A stretch of DNA of 63,867 nucleotides, the filler included. It is 5 parts of 5 records of this genome, joined end to end, with 100 filler letters (N's around TTAATTAATTAA, not from the genome) between each part and the next. Parts side by side here need not be neighbours in the genome. Positions count along the whole stretch, not along the records: positions 45,463 to 58,742 come from SRR20825006_828; positions 58,843 to 63,867 come from SRR20825006_988; 3 more parts are not named here. The stretch is one strand, 5' to 3'. The notes under the pieces were generated by a model that ran no database searches, was not told the origin of the DNA, and worked only from the letters and a program-made list of their open reading frames with translations. Position 1 is the stretch's first letter; every line of letters begins with the position of its first letter. Positions 49,291 through 58,871 of the stretch are shown here, in pieces. The position numbers were made by a program, and so were the translations under genes.

Positions 49291-51030
49291 TTAACTTCGC
49301 AGCTTCGGCTCCAACCATAAATACCCCATAGCCAGCACAAAAAGTATAAAAAAGTATATTGGATTGATAGGACGTTTAACTTGAAGTTCTTCTACTTCAG
49401 CATCTCCTTTTCTAAAAAAGTCCTGATTGGCTTTGGTGAGCGCCCGAGCTGCTCTAGCTTGCCAATCCGCTTCAGCAAACACATAATACAGGTGTTCTGA
49501 AACCGTATCTCCTGCGGAAAATCTTAAGGTAAACCAACCGGATTCATCGGGATAAAAAGTAGCAGACCACAACTCGGGGATGTCTGGATCTTGTATGGCA
49601 GGAATGGAATTCCCATCTGTATCGGTCAGGGTGAATTCTGAAACCGCAGTTCGAAACTTTATGGTGTAGGGTTCATTAGGCCTAATGATTTGTTCTGTTT
49701 CTTCCCAGAAAACCATATCGCTTTCCGGTTTGAGCACATTCTTTAAGATATCACTCCATAAGGATTTATACCGCTCTTGATTTCCTTTTAACTGCAAAGC
49801 GTAGGTATTGGACAACACCGTGGTACTGACACTTCCAAAGCCGATAAAGCGTTGCCCAGCTAAGATTTGATTTGCTGCCTTTAGCGTCGCATTAAAATTG
49901 GCCGCAGAATTCATATAGTATCCAAATGTAGAAACCACAGTCCCATCTTGTAGCTCTACTTCTGTCTGTGCGGTTCGGGTGAATTTAAAATCGATTAAGG
50001 GCTGACTGCCATAAAATAGCTCTTCGCTAGGCATCACAAACACTCCAAGGCCTTCCTGCGCTACCGCATCTTTGATGCTGTTTTGTTCGTTTCGCGAAAG
50101 GGATTGCCAAGCTCCCGCATCGAGAATCACCAAATCTAAATGGTTCAAACTGGAAGTAGTCAAGGCATTGAATGGCTTCCGCTCTTGATTGAAATATTCA
50201 TACTTGAAACGGCCTTGCGTCAACTGACTGCGCACCAAAACCTGATGGTTTAATTCCGCCAAGTAATTCTTTAAATATTTAAATTCAAAGGAAGGAAATG
50301 CCGACAGCATCACCACCTGCAACTGTTTTTCCGGACTTATGTGTATTGGTAAAGGTTGCTTGTTCACCAGAGTTCCCAGCGAATCCTTCTCCGCTAGAGT
50401 ATACACAAAATCTCCCGGGGCTTTTACTGTCCCTTGTAGCGAAAAAACCGTATCTGTTGCCGCCGTAAATTGAATCGAATCTAATCCCAAATTTCCCGGA
50501 GCTTGCAATACGATTTGATTTCCGGGTTTTGCTTTTGAGTATCGGGCCGTCAGGTTTAAATCCTCCCCTTCCGACAGTGTTTTTGAATAGCTCAACTGAT
50601 CGATTCCATTGGGGATTTCCGTCTTTAAAAGCTTTACGGTCTTTCCTTCCAACTGCCAAAAATCATAAGGTTTGACTCCACTTCCCAAGATAAAAAGCTG
50701 AGAGATCGAATCCAGTTCGTCCCGGTCAATATGATCTTGATACATCAACTCTTTTAACTCCGGATTTATTTCACGCAAACTATCCAATTGTGCTTCCTGA
50801 TATCCTGAAGTCAATAAAACACCTTGCTTTCCATCCACTGAGGTCAAGTGTGCCGGTTTTAAAGCAATGGCCAGCAATGCCAAAACGGCTACCAATCCGG
50901 CTGCCAGACGCCACACAAAACTACCGCTTTTCCGCGGCCATTCTTTCACTACAAAAACAGCCAATAATATTACCGCAGCAATCAATCCCGGAATCCAATA
51001 GGCACTATGTACAAAGGTCAACTCACTCAT
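49291..51030 (-). CDS. Membrane protein with N- and C-terminal TM helices, plus Ig-like and GATase-like soluble regions
   Basis: Two N-terminal TM segments, PSFEFKYLKNYL, DLVILD and a terminal FILFVLAMGYLWLE. Overlaps the upstream gene's stop. Confidence 0.8.
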   Translation of the reverse strand: MSELTFVHSAYWIPGLIAAVILLAVFVVKEWPRKSGSFVWRLAAGLVAVLALLAIALKPAHLTSVDGKQGVLLTSGYQEAQLDSLREINPELKELMYQDHIDRDELDSISQLFILGSGVKPYDFWQLEGKTVKLLKTEIPNGIDQLSYSKTLSEGEDLNLTARYSKAKPGNQIVLQAPGNLGLDSIQFTAATDTVFSLQGTVKAPGDFVYTLAEKDSLGTLVNKQPLPIHISPEKQLQVVMLSAFPSFEFKYLKNYLAELNHQVLVRSQLTQGRFKYEYFNQERKPFNALTTSSLNHLDLVILDAGAWQSLSRNEQNSIKDAVAQEGLGVFVMPSEELFYGSQPLIDFKFTRTAQTEVELQDGTVVSTFGYYMNSAANFNATLKAANQILAGQRFIGFGSVSTTVLSNTYALQLKGNQERYKSLWSDILKNVLKPESDMVFWEETEQIIRPNEPYTIKFRTAVSEFTLTDTDGNSIPAIQDPDIPELWSATFYPDESGWFTLRFSAGDTVSEHLYYVFAEADWQARAARALTKANQDFFRKGDAEVEELQVKRPINPIYFFILFVLAMGYLWLEPKLRS

Positions 51031-53248
51031 CAGCATCCAGATTTTTCACCAGCACGGCATCCAGTTTAGAAAATTTGGCATTTTGGGTGTTGGGTTTTGC
51101 TTCTTCAGCGGGTAAGGCTTTGAGCAATCCGTTTTGTAATTCTTTCAAGGTTTTGATATCGGTATCCAAGTTTTGCAAGATCCAATTGAGTTGCTGTAGG
51201 GTTTCCAGATAATTTCCGGGATGCTCAATAGCTAATGCTGCAAGTTCGTTGCCTGCGTCTTCAAACAATTGCTGATCTTCCGGAGTTAATTTCACTTGAA
51301 ACGCAATCAATTCTTCTATTCTTGAAATGGCCTTTTGAATCGCTTCAAAACGGGCGCCTTGCTCCAAATCCTCCTGTTTTGTGGTGCTTGCAACTTCTTT
51401 CAACTCGCCGGTCAGGCGTTTATCTTCCTTGATGGGCGGCGGATCAAAACCGATGCGGTGCACATAAATACGCGAACTGTTCTTGATTTCCTGAATGAGT
51501 TCAAGCGCCTCATTTTGATACGGCAAGGATTTTTCGGGCTCAAACATTCTCAGGTGCAGTTCTGCATCCCACATAATATTTAGCGCTTCTCGCAACTTCT
51601 GCTTTAGAGATTTTGCAAACAAAGTCGATTCTTCCGGATCGCTGTGGTTGTGCAAGTATTTTTCCAGCGGGTCTTCCTCCTCTGTTTCTTCACCTTCGTG
51701 TTCGTGTTCGTGCTCCTCCTCCACCAGATTATGCTCGTTGGAACTGTCGTGCCGATGCGAATATTCAGCAAGCGGATCAGCATCCGCTTCACTCAACATC
51801 CCGGGATCTTCAGTTTGCGCGGCAAGACCACCTTCGGCTTCATCGCCCATAAATTCGCCATACTTTAATCGCAAACTTTTCTGGTCAAAAGCGAGTTCGT
51901 TGCTGGTTGAATTGAATTCCTTGGTACTTAAATTCGGTTTGTCTTTAAGCAGTTTTTTGGTGTCGATAATGAGTTGGCGCTGACTTCTAAAATAATCCGG
52001 AAGCAAATCGACGCCCATTCCTCCAGCTTCCACATATTCATATGCGGTCGTGTCTTTGATCACCGCAAAATAGGTTTCGCTACGCGCTACATTGGGCTTT
52101 GGTGTTTTCAAATCCTGCGCGTGCACGTAGAAATATAGTTCGTCACCCGGCTCCATTTTGAGCTGATCCAGATTTAGCTTTTGCGAAAGCGACTGCTGTT
52201 TGCTTCCTTTCGCGATAGCGGAATTAAAAGGTATCTGCTCCTCCCGAAACTTCACCGATTCTCCCGAACCGCGGCTCACCGTCGCCACAATATAAGCAGC
52301 ACCAATACCGTAATCGTCAATGATCTGAGTGTCAAAAGCAATGTTTTTTTCGTCTCCTGGCTCAAAGGAAGTGAACTGATCGAGATTCAAGATATCTACC
52401 TGTGGCGGCGCGTCAACCAATGTCTCGATGCTGTGCAAATCGGAAACGTAAGCATTACCCAAGGTATCCACAAAGCGGAAACTGTAAAACCCGGAGGTTG
52501 TTAATTGCTGGGTTCTTTGATAGGTTTTGGCGTTGGTTTTCATCGCATACTGCGCCGATTGGCTTTCCATAAAAACAGAATCGACGGGCTGGTCAAACGT
52601 CAAGATCCAAGTGATTTGCGAACCTTCAAGCGCTTTGATATCCATTTGTTCGCTTGTGCGTGCAGCAATGCCGGTATATCCGGGATAACGCACAGTGACG
52701 GATTGTTGGATGATTTTAGGCGGAATTATTTTCGCTTCCGCGGAATCTACTGCGCGGATGATCATTTCGTTTTCAGGTTGGATTGCTTCCTCCTCAAAAA
52801 GACTATCGTTCGTGTTTATCAAAACACCCAAAATCAAAGTAACAACCAGAACTCCAAAAAGCAACAAACCGAAACCCTTAAAATCGATAGGCGGTTTTAA
52901 GGCTTTGAGTTCGTTTGCCAGTTTTTGCTCGGTGCGGTACCGCTGAATCTGTCCTAAACTGCTCAATTCTTCTGCAGGTTGAAATACCAATCCTGCACTG
53001 TATTCAGAATGCTGAATACGGGCATCTATGTATGCGAGCACTTTTGAAATCCCCAGCGTCAGAGGTTTGTACAGCAAGAAACCTACCGTTGCTAAAACCA
53101 CAAAAAGCAACAGGCTGACGACAATCCCCTTGGTCAAAATAAATAACAACACCGCCGGAAGCAGCGCCAATAAAAGCACCAATAGCCATAATTGGCTTTG
53201 CCAACGCTGTTTGAATTTTAGGACGCTATGTTTTCCTGTATTGCTCAT
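51023..53248 (-). CDS. DUF4175-like membrane protein with Ig-like domains and a His/Glu-rich loop
   Basis: Three N-terminal TMs, YPGYTG, DAPPQV, DDYGI, PGDELYFYVHAQD, RSQRQLIIDT and HRHD..HEHEHE..HNH. Confidence 0.8.
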   Translation of the reverse strand: MSNTGKHSVLKFKQRWQSQLWLLVLLLALLPAVLLFILTKGIVVSLLLFVVLATVGFLLYKPLTLGISKVLAYIDARIQHSEYSAGLVFQPAEELSSLGQIQRYRTEQKLANELKALKPPIDFKGFGLLLFGVLVVTLILGVLINTNDSLFEEEAIQPENEMIIRAVDSAEAKIIPPKIIQQSVTVRYPGYTGIAARTSEQMDIKALEGSQITWILTFDQPVDSVFMESQSAQYAMKTNAKTYQRTQQLTTSGFYSFRFVDTLGNAYVSDLHSIETLVDAPPQVDILNLDQFTSFEPGDEKNIAFDTQIIDDYGIGAAYIVATVSRGSGESVKFREEQIPFNSAIAKGSKQQSLSQKLNLDQLKMEPGDELYFYVHAQDLKTPKPNVARSETYFAVIKDTTAYEYVEAGGMGVDLLPDYFRSQRQLIIDTKKLLKDKPNLSTKEFNSTSNELAFDQKSLRLKYGEFMGDEAEGGLAAQTEDPGMLSEADADPLAEYSHRHDSSNEHNLVEEEHEHEHEGEETEEEDPLEKYLHNHSDPEESTLFAKSLKQKLREALNIMWDAELHLRMFEPEKSLPYQNEALELIQEIKNSSRIYVHRIGFDPPPIKEDKRLTGELKEVASTTKQEDLEQGARFEAIQKAISRIEELIAFQVKLTPEDQQLFEDAGNELAALAIEHPGNYLETLQQLNWILQNLDTDIKTLKELQNGLLKALPAEEAKPNTQNAKFSKLDAVLVKNLDADE

Positions 53249-54477
53249 TGCTTTCGAATTCGGGATAACAAACGTTCAACAATCAAGGCAATGAGCAAAG
53301 CCAACCAAAACCAGTGCGTCAGCGGGATGCTTGAGGCGTGGTTTAGTTCTTGGTCTTTTGCTGTACGCAAGGGTGTTGCAAATGCATCGGCCAACACGCG
53401 ACGGTCGTATTTTTGAACCGCTTCATCCAGCTCGGGATGTAGGTTTAGCAATGGCAGCAACTGTTCAGCAAGATGTTGTTCGATTACATTTTTACGCGTA
53501 AGGTTTTGGGTCAGTGAGAAGTTGGTTCCGTTTTTAACTATTAAATCAGAAGCAAACGCATCTGGCTGATAGTTGAGCAGCGTCCCTGAAAACCCAGGCG
53601 TGTCGCTTAGGCTAAGCCAAATCAAAATGCCTTCCTGCGGTGTTTCATTTGGAGCACTATCGGTGATTGCGATTGGGCGCTTTAAATAAACCGACAAAGA
53701 TTCAAAACCGGTTTTGAGGAATTTGAGGTCGGTTTGCAGGCTATCTTCCGCGAATGCGTAAATCTGAAGCGTATCTACCGATTGAATCTCGAGATCCGTG
53801 TCCAAGCTTTGTATAGCAGCAGCTTCACGAACAGACTTTTTAAAGCTTAGCTCGTTCTTCGTGCTTTTAACCTCAAGCACTTCTGCCGAATCTTGCAGTT
53901 GGGTCAAGGCGACAATATCTTCAATGGGCTGAATGGAATCGATAGTTACCCAATTTATATTTTCGGTAATTTCAGGGCGTTTCCCTTTAAAACCTTTTGC
54001 AAGCGATTGTGAAAAAACCACTAAACTATCGGCTTTTAGGTTTTCAAAATCGCGTGCCAGTTGCCAATAGTCCGTCGCAATAGTTTTCACTGAATCAGCG
54101 GCATTATACTCCGGAAAATCTTCTTGAAGTAACTTTACCGTTTTGCTTTCCGCAAGGCTATCCATAGAAGTTTTGAAGGTATTAATCTCTAATAATTCCG
54201 GTTCAACCAGATACACCAAATCCTGATTTTTGGTTGTTGTTTTAGCGAAAGGTTCCGCCAAAATAAACACCAACAAAGTGATTGCCAGCATTCGTAACAG
54301 AAGCAACAACCATTCATTAAGCTGCAGCGTTCTCGTTTGGGTATTTTCAGATTCTTTGAGGTTGGCAATGCTGCCTACTTTGATGGTTCTGCCCTCGTCT
54401 TTGCTCCATAGATGTATAGCTACAGGAACGGCGAGTCCCAGTAAAGCCCATAAATACATCGGATTGGCAAAAAACAT
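53245..54477 (-). CDS. BatA N-terminal-domain membrane protein
   Basis: MFFANPMYLWALLGLAVPVAIHLW...LLLLLRMLAI..LAEP, and a C-terminal TM ending in ER. Confidence 0.9.
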   Translation of the reverse strand: MFFANPMYLWALLGLAVPVAIHLWSKDEGRTIKVGSIANLKESENTQTRTLQLNEWLLLLLRMLAITLLVFILAEPFAKTTTKNQDLVYLVEPELLEINTFKTSMDSLAESKTVKLLQEDFPEYNAADSVKTIATDYWQLARDFENLKADSLVVFSQSLAKGFKGKRPEITENINWVTIDSIQPIEDIVALTQLQDSAEVLEVKSTKNELSFKKSVREAAAIQSLDTDLEIQSVDTLQIYAFAEDSLQTDLKFLKTGFESLSVYLKRPIAITDSAPNETPQEGILIWLSLSDTPGFSGTLLNYQPDAFASDLIVKNGTNFSLTQNLTRKNVIEQHLAEQLLPLLNLHPELDEAVQKYDRRVLADAFATPLRTAKDQELNHASSIPLTHWFWLALLIALIVERLLSRIRKQ

Positions 54478-54478
54478 A

Positions 54479-55375
54479 TTAAACGAGATTTATGCGTTTT
54501 TTGAGGAACAAGTTCAGGGTTTCTCCCAGCGGTTCGCCCATCGTAAAAACCTGATGGCTGATGCCCTGATTCAGTAACAATTCTTCCGTTTGTTTGAGTT
54601 TATTTTGCAGGGTTTCCAGATAGTGCTTCTTGGCCTCTTTTGCCGAAACCTTCAATTTGCTCCCGGTCTCCAGATCTTCAAAAGTCACTGTACCTTTATA
54701 ATCAAAATTCACTTCGTCCTGCCCCATTATTTGTAACACCGCTACTTCATTTCGCGACGTTTTCAAGGCTTTTATGAATGCTGAAAGTTCGTCGCTATGC
54801 TCATACATATCGGTAATAAAAAAGATGAGTTCTTTACGACCACGCTCGTGCAAGCGCTCATTGCTTATCGCACTCATCGGCCAGGTTCCGGTGGTTTCTA
54901 CCGTAAGTAATTCCTGGAGCAAACGGTTAAAATGCTGTACGCTGGCTTTGGGATAAATGGTGGTCAGGTTGTTTTCGCTTAACGCGAAAAGGCCTACTTC
55001 ATCTCCCTGCTGGTGCGCGAGGTACGAAAGACTGGCAATCAAAACCCGTGCATAATCCATTTTGGTTAGCTCGCCTTCTTGGTGTGCCATCGAGTTACTT
55101 GCGTCGAGAATGAACTTTACCGAAACCTGAGATTCGATCTCCGATTGCTTGATATAATACCTCCCGGAGCGTGCCAGCATTTTCCAGTCGAGCAAGCGCA
55201 GATCATCTCCCGCTTCATAGCCGCGGTACTGACTAAATTCCATCCCGCTACCCAAACTTTTACTGCGATTTAAACCTTGCAAATAGCCATCAACAACTAC
55301 CCTAGCGATTAGGTTGAGTCCTGACACTTCGTGTAGGATTTCCGGTTTGAGGAGTTCTTGATAGTTGGTTTGCAT
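54479..55375 (-). CDS. DUF58 (vWA-like) MoxR-associated protein
   Basis: GSGMEFSQYRGY..GDDLRLLDWK, MIDAS-like DASNSM, ITD. Confidence 0.95.
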   Translation of the reverse strand: MQTNYQELLKPEILHEVSGLNLIARVVVDGYLQGLNRSKSLGSGMEFSQYRGYEAGDDLRLLDWKMLARSGRYYIKQSEIESQVSVKFILDASNSMAHQEGELTKMDYARVLIASLSYLAHQQGDEVGLFALSENNLTTIYPKASVQHFNRLLQELLTVETTGTWPMSAISNERLHERGRKELIFFITDMYEHSDELSAFIKALKTSRNEVAVLQIMGQDEVNFDYKGTVTFEDLETGSKLKVSAKEAKKHYLETLQNKLKQTEELLLNQGISHQVFTMGEPLGETLNLFLKKRINLV

Positions 55376-55381
55376 CCCGAT

Positions 55382-56374
55382 TTATAAAATGGTTTCCAAT
55401 AGTTTTTGAGTAACCATATCTGTCGTAATATTTGCAGCCTCCGCTTTAAAATTGACGATCACGCGATGACGCAACACCGGGAAAGCCACAAACTTCAAAT
55501 CGTCTGGAGTCACGGATAGCCGGCCTTGCGAAAGCGCTCTGGCTTTTGCGGTTAAGATCATTGCCTGACCTGCACGTGGCCCTGCACCCCAACTCACCCA
55601 TTGTTTGACGTATTCGTCACTTGTAGTTTCAGGTCGGGTAGCTCTGATGATCTTGCTCACTTTGCTTATCAGTTCGTCACTGATGGGTACTTCACGCACG
55701 AGTTGCTGTAAGCGTATGATTTCTTCGCCGCTAAGCACCGATTCTACTTTGGCTTTTTTAGAACTTGTAGTCGCTTTTAAAATCGTCGTTTCCTCTGCTT
55801 CGGTAGGATAGCCGATGCGGATGTATAGCAAAAAACGGTCTTGTTGTGCTTCCGGCAATGGGAAGGTTCCTGATTGTTCGATAGGGTTTTGCGTTGCGAG
55901 TATAAAAAAGGGTTTATCTAGCGCATAAGTTTTCCCGGAATAGGTCACCTCAAATTCTTGCATCGCCTCGAGCAAGGCCGCCTGTGTTTTGGGCGGCGTA
56001 CGGTTGATCTCATCAGCGAGAATGATGTTTGAGAAAATAGGACCTTTGTTGAACTCAAAGAATTTCTTTCCCGTAGTTTGATCCTCTTCGAGAATTTCGG
56101 TGCCTATGATGTCGCTGGGCATCAAATCTGGCGTAAACTGAATACGTTTAAATTTCAGATCTATGGCTTGCGCCAAAGTTCGTATCATCAATGTTTTTGC
56201 CAGCCCGGGAACCCCTTCCAGCAAGGCGTGACCTCCTGCAAGAAAAGTGATCAGCAACTGCTCGACCGTTTCTTCCTGCCCAATGATGATCTTGCCAATT
56301 TCTTGTTTGAGCTGTTTGATTTTCGCCGTAAGGCTATTTACTTCCTGCTCGATTTTCACCAAGTTGTTATCCAT
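55382..56374 (-). CDS. moxR: MoxR-family AAA+ ATPase
   Basis: LEGVPGLAKT, RIQFTPDLMPSDI, LADEINRTPPKTQAALLEAM, ATQNPIEQ, LPEAQQDRF. Confidence 0.97.
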   Translation of the reverse strand: MDNNLVKIEQEVNSLTAKIKQLKQEIGKIIIGQEETVEQLLITFLAGGHALLEGVPGLAKTLMIRTLAQAIDLKFKRIQFTPDLMPSDIIGTEILEEDQTTGKKFFEFNKGPIFSNIILADEINRTPPKTQAALLEAMQEFEVTYSGKTYALDKPFFILATQNPIEQSGTFPLPEAQQDRFLLYIRIGYPTEAEETTILKATTSSKKAKVESVLSGEEIIRLQQLVREVPISDELISKVSKIIRATRPETTSDEYVKQWVSWGAGPRAGQAMILTAKARALSQGRLSVTPDDLKFVAFPVLRHRVIVNFKAEAANITTDMVTQKLLETIL

Positions 56375-56383
56375 ACGTTTAAG

Positions 56384-57055
56384 TTATGAGGTCAGGGCAT
56401 ACATCACAATGTTCACCCCAAATCGTGTATTGTCTATTCTATAAAATCGCTTGTTCCTAAAGTCATAATCCCACTCGCAACCGTAGTCCTTATTGCTGTA
56501 CAACACCCCGATGCGGCCGTTGATCTCAATAGCTTTTAGGTACTCGTGCACCAAGTCATCTCCCCAACCGTTCAGCTCCTGTGAGGTCGCCGGCGGCCCA
56601 TCTTCAAATTCAAAGAAGGAAGAATACAATTCGTGATCGTTCGGGATTTTTTTGAGTTCGTCAGGGCCAAAAATCTCTTCCATTTGTCGCTCAAAAGATT
56701 TTGCAAAGAGTCCGTCGATATCGTGATTACAATCGTCTGCAAATACAAAACCGCCATTGCGCACATACTTCTCAAAATTCTCGCGCTCCTTGGGTGTAAA
56801 CTGCACCAGTTTATGCCCCGAGATGTAGCAAAACGGACATTCAAAAATCGCATCACTGCTTAACGCGATGATATTTTCGATGGTACTGATCTTAAGCGTA
56901 GTATATTCCACAAGCGAGTTGAGCAAGTTGGAGGGCATACGCTGGTCTACATCCCAGTCGCCCGACTCGTATTGCAATCGTGTGAAGAAAAATTCGGTAT
57001 TCAACGGAGGTTCAAGGGGTTTGCTGTTTTTATTTTGGCGAAAGCCAAACTTCAA
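56384..57055 (-). CDS. DUF4159-domain protein (start uncertain)
   Basis: FTRLQY..GDW, YVRNGGFVFADDC, H.LY, NKDYGCEW, FGVNIVMYALT. Confidence 0.88.
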   Translation of the reverse strand: MKFGFRQNKNSKPLEPPLNTEFFFTRLQYESGDWDVDQRMPSNLLNSLVEYTTLKISTIENIIALSSDAIFECPFCYISGHKLVQFTPKERENFEKYVRNGGFVFADDCNHDIDGLFAKSFERQMEEIFGPDELKKIPNDHELYSSFFEFEDGPPATSQELNGWGDDLVHEYLKAIEINGRIGVLYSNKDYGCEWDYDFRNKRFYRIDNTRFGVNIVMYALTS

Positions 57056-57076
57056 TCTATTTTAATGGAAAAAGAA

Positions 57077-57105
57077 AAACTGGCTACTTAAAAAGTAACC
57101 AGTTT
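57077..57105 (-). terminator. Intrinsic terminator between tldE and the DUF4159 gene
   Basis: Minus-strand hairpin AAACTGGTTACTT-TTT-AAGTAGCCAGTTT followed by TTCTTTTT. Confidence 0.7.
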
Positions 57106-57121
57106 CTAGTTGTTTTTTTGT

Positions 57122-58438
57122 TTAAACCGCGTCTGAAAGACTGGTAAACGTAAAGTCTCTAACCTTCATATACGGAAGAAGATTTCCATTAACGCGCACC
57201 TGTTTGCCTAAGGCTTCAAGGTTGTTGAGCATAATGATCGGACTCTCGTTAAATCGGAAATTCTTCACCGGATATTTGATCTGTCCATTTTCGATATAAA
57301 AAGTTCCATCTCGGGTTAGCCCTGTAAACAAGAGCGTTTGCGGGTCAACTGAGCGAATGTACCAGAAACGCGTCACTAAGATTCCACGTTTTGTGCTTTT
57401 GATCATTTCATCAAAAGAGGTATCGCCACCTTCCATAATCATATTAGCCGCGAATGGTACCGGCTCAACGCCTTGCTGTGATGCCCAGTAGCGGTCGTAA
57501 GCTAGATTTTTTACGACTCCGTTTTCTATCCATTGTGTTTTTTTGCGTGGTAAACCATCGCCGCTCCAGGTAGAAGCGGGTACATCAGGATGCAAAGGAT
57601 CTGACCAAATGTTCACGCGCTCATCAACAATTTTCTCGCCCAGTTTAGTTCCTCCACCTTCTTTAGACATAAAGCTTCGACCTTCATCGGCAGTACGAGC
57701 GTTGAACGCGCCACGAAATCTACCCAGTAAATCACTTGCTGCAGCAGGTTCTAAGATCACGGTATAACGCCCCGGCTCGATTGCTCTAGCCTCACGCGAC
57801 ATCACTGCTTTATCTATTGCAATGCCTGATGCTTCTTCTGCATCAAACTTGGTAATATCGTTATAATCTCGTGTCACCCAACCCGAACCGGTACCATCAT
57901 TGGTACGCATCGTCACGGTAAAATCAACATTAGTCGATTTGTTATAAGCGAACAATCCGTTGGAATTGAGCATCGCGCTAAAGCCAGCGCCATCGTCTAA
58001 GAATCCGGCAGCCGTCACATCCTGCTCAGCGGCCGGTTTGATGCTGTTTGCAGCAACCTCCGCTCGATATTCTGGGGTTACATTCGCTGTAGCATCTACA
58101 TAGGTAATTGATTTGTCATAGGTTTGCGGACCTAGAGGTTCCATATATTCGGGGTTCTCTGGTGAAAGCTGCGCCAATTCTTCTGAGCGACGCACTACTT
58201 TTTCTAGAGATTCATCGTCAAATTCGTCTATGGTTGCCGTTCCCGATTTCTTTCCGAAACTCGACTCTACAGCCAAGCTTTGGTTAGACTGGTGGCCAGC
58301 GGTAGAAACGGTATTGCGCGCATAACGGATATTTCCGCTCTCGCTTCCGCCTAGATTCATTACACACGCATCGGCCTTAGAAAAGCTCATCGCCTTCTCT
58401 AAGATCGCTCGTGCTTCTTCTTCAGTATATATTGCCAT
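57122..58438 (-). CDS. TldE/PmbA-family protein (non-catalytic partner)
   Basis: RYARN, IEPGRYTVILEP, GRSF, DGLP, IENGVVKN, TGLTRDG, NFRFNES. No HExxxH motif. Confidence 0.92.
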   Translation of the reverse strand: MAIYTEEEARAILEKAMSFSKADACVMNLGGSESGNIRYARNTVSTAGHQSNQSLAVESSFGKKSGTATIDEFDDESLEKVVRRSEELAQLSPENPEYMEPLGPQTYDKSITYVDATANVTPEYRAEVAANSIKPAAEQDVTAAGFLDDGAGFSAMLNSNGLFAYNKSTNVDFTVTMRTNDGTGSGWVTRDYNDITKFDAEEASGIAIDKAVMSREARAIEPGRYTVILEPAAASDLLGRFRGAFNARTADEGRSFMSKEGGGTKLGEKIVDERVNIWSDPLHPDVPASTWSGDGLPRKKTQWIENGVVKNLAYDRYWASQQGVEPVPFAANMIMEGGDTSFDEMIKSTKRGILVTRFWYIRSVDPQTLLFTGLTRDGTFYIENGQIKYPVKNFRFNESPIIMLNNLEALGKQVRVNGNLLPYMKVRDFTFTSLSDAV

Positions 58439-58469
58439 TGTACTTTGTATTAAGTGTTAGATAAAAGAG

Positions 58470-58742
58470 TTAGACCGATCTGCCTGTGTTGATAACATTA
58501 GCACCGTTAAAACGCGCCGTTGAACTTCCGTGAGAAACGGCACTTACTTGTGAAGGTTGCCCTTTTCCGTCAAAGAACGAACCGAATAATCGGTAATCCT
58601 TCTCGTCACAGATCTTTGCACACGAATTCCAGAATTCCTGCGTGTTTGATTGATAGGCCACATCATTCAACATGCCTACAATCTTACCATCTTTTATCTC
58701 GTAGAATACCGTACCGCCAAACTGGAAGTTATAGCGCTGCTG
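58470..58742 (-). CDS. TldD-family metalloprotease, C-terminal part (5' truncated)
   Basis: In-frame QQRYNFQFGG.FYEIKDGKI..MLNDVAYQ...DGKGQPSQ..VSHG. Confidence 0.9.
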   Translation of the reverse strand, partial: QQRYNFQFGGTVFYEIKDGKIVGMLNDVAYQSNTQEFWNSCAKICDEKDYRLFGSFFDGKGQPSQVSAVSHGSSTARFNGANVINTGRSV

Positions 58743-58842
58743 NNNNNNNNNNNNNNNNNNNNNNNNNNNNNNNNNNNNNNNNNNNNTTAATTAATTAANN
58801 NNNNNNNNNNNNNNNNNNNNNNNNNNNNNNNNNNNNNNNNNN
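58743..58842. other. Artificial contig-joining spacer
   Basis: N-run with TTAATTAATTAA. Confidence 0.99.
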
Positions 58843-58871
58843 GAAAGCGTGGGGAGCAAACAGGATTAGAT

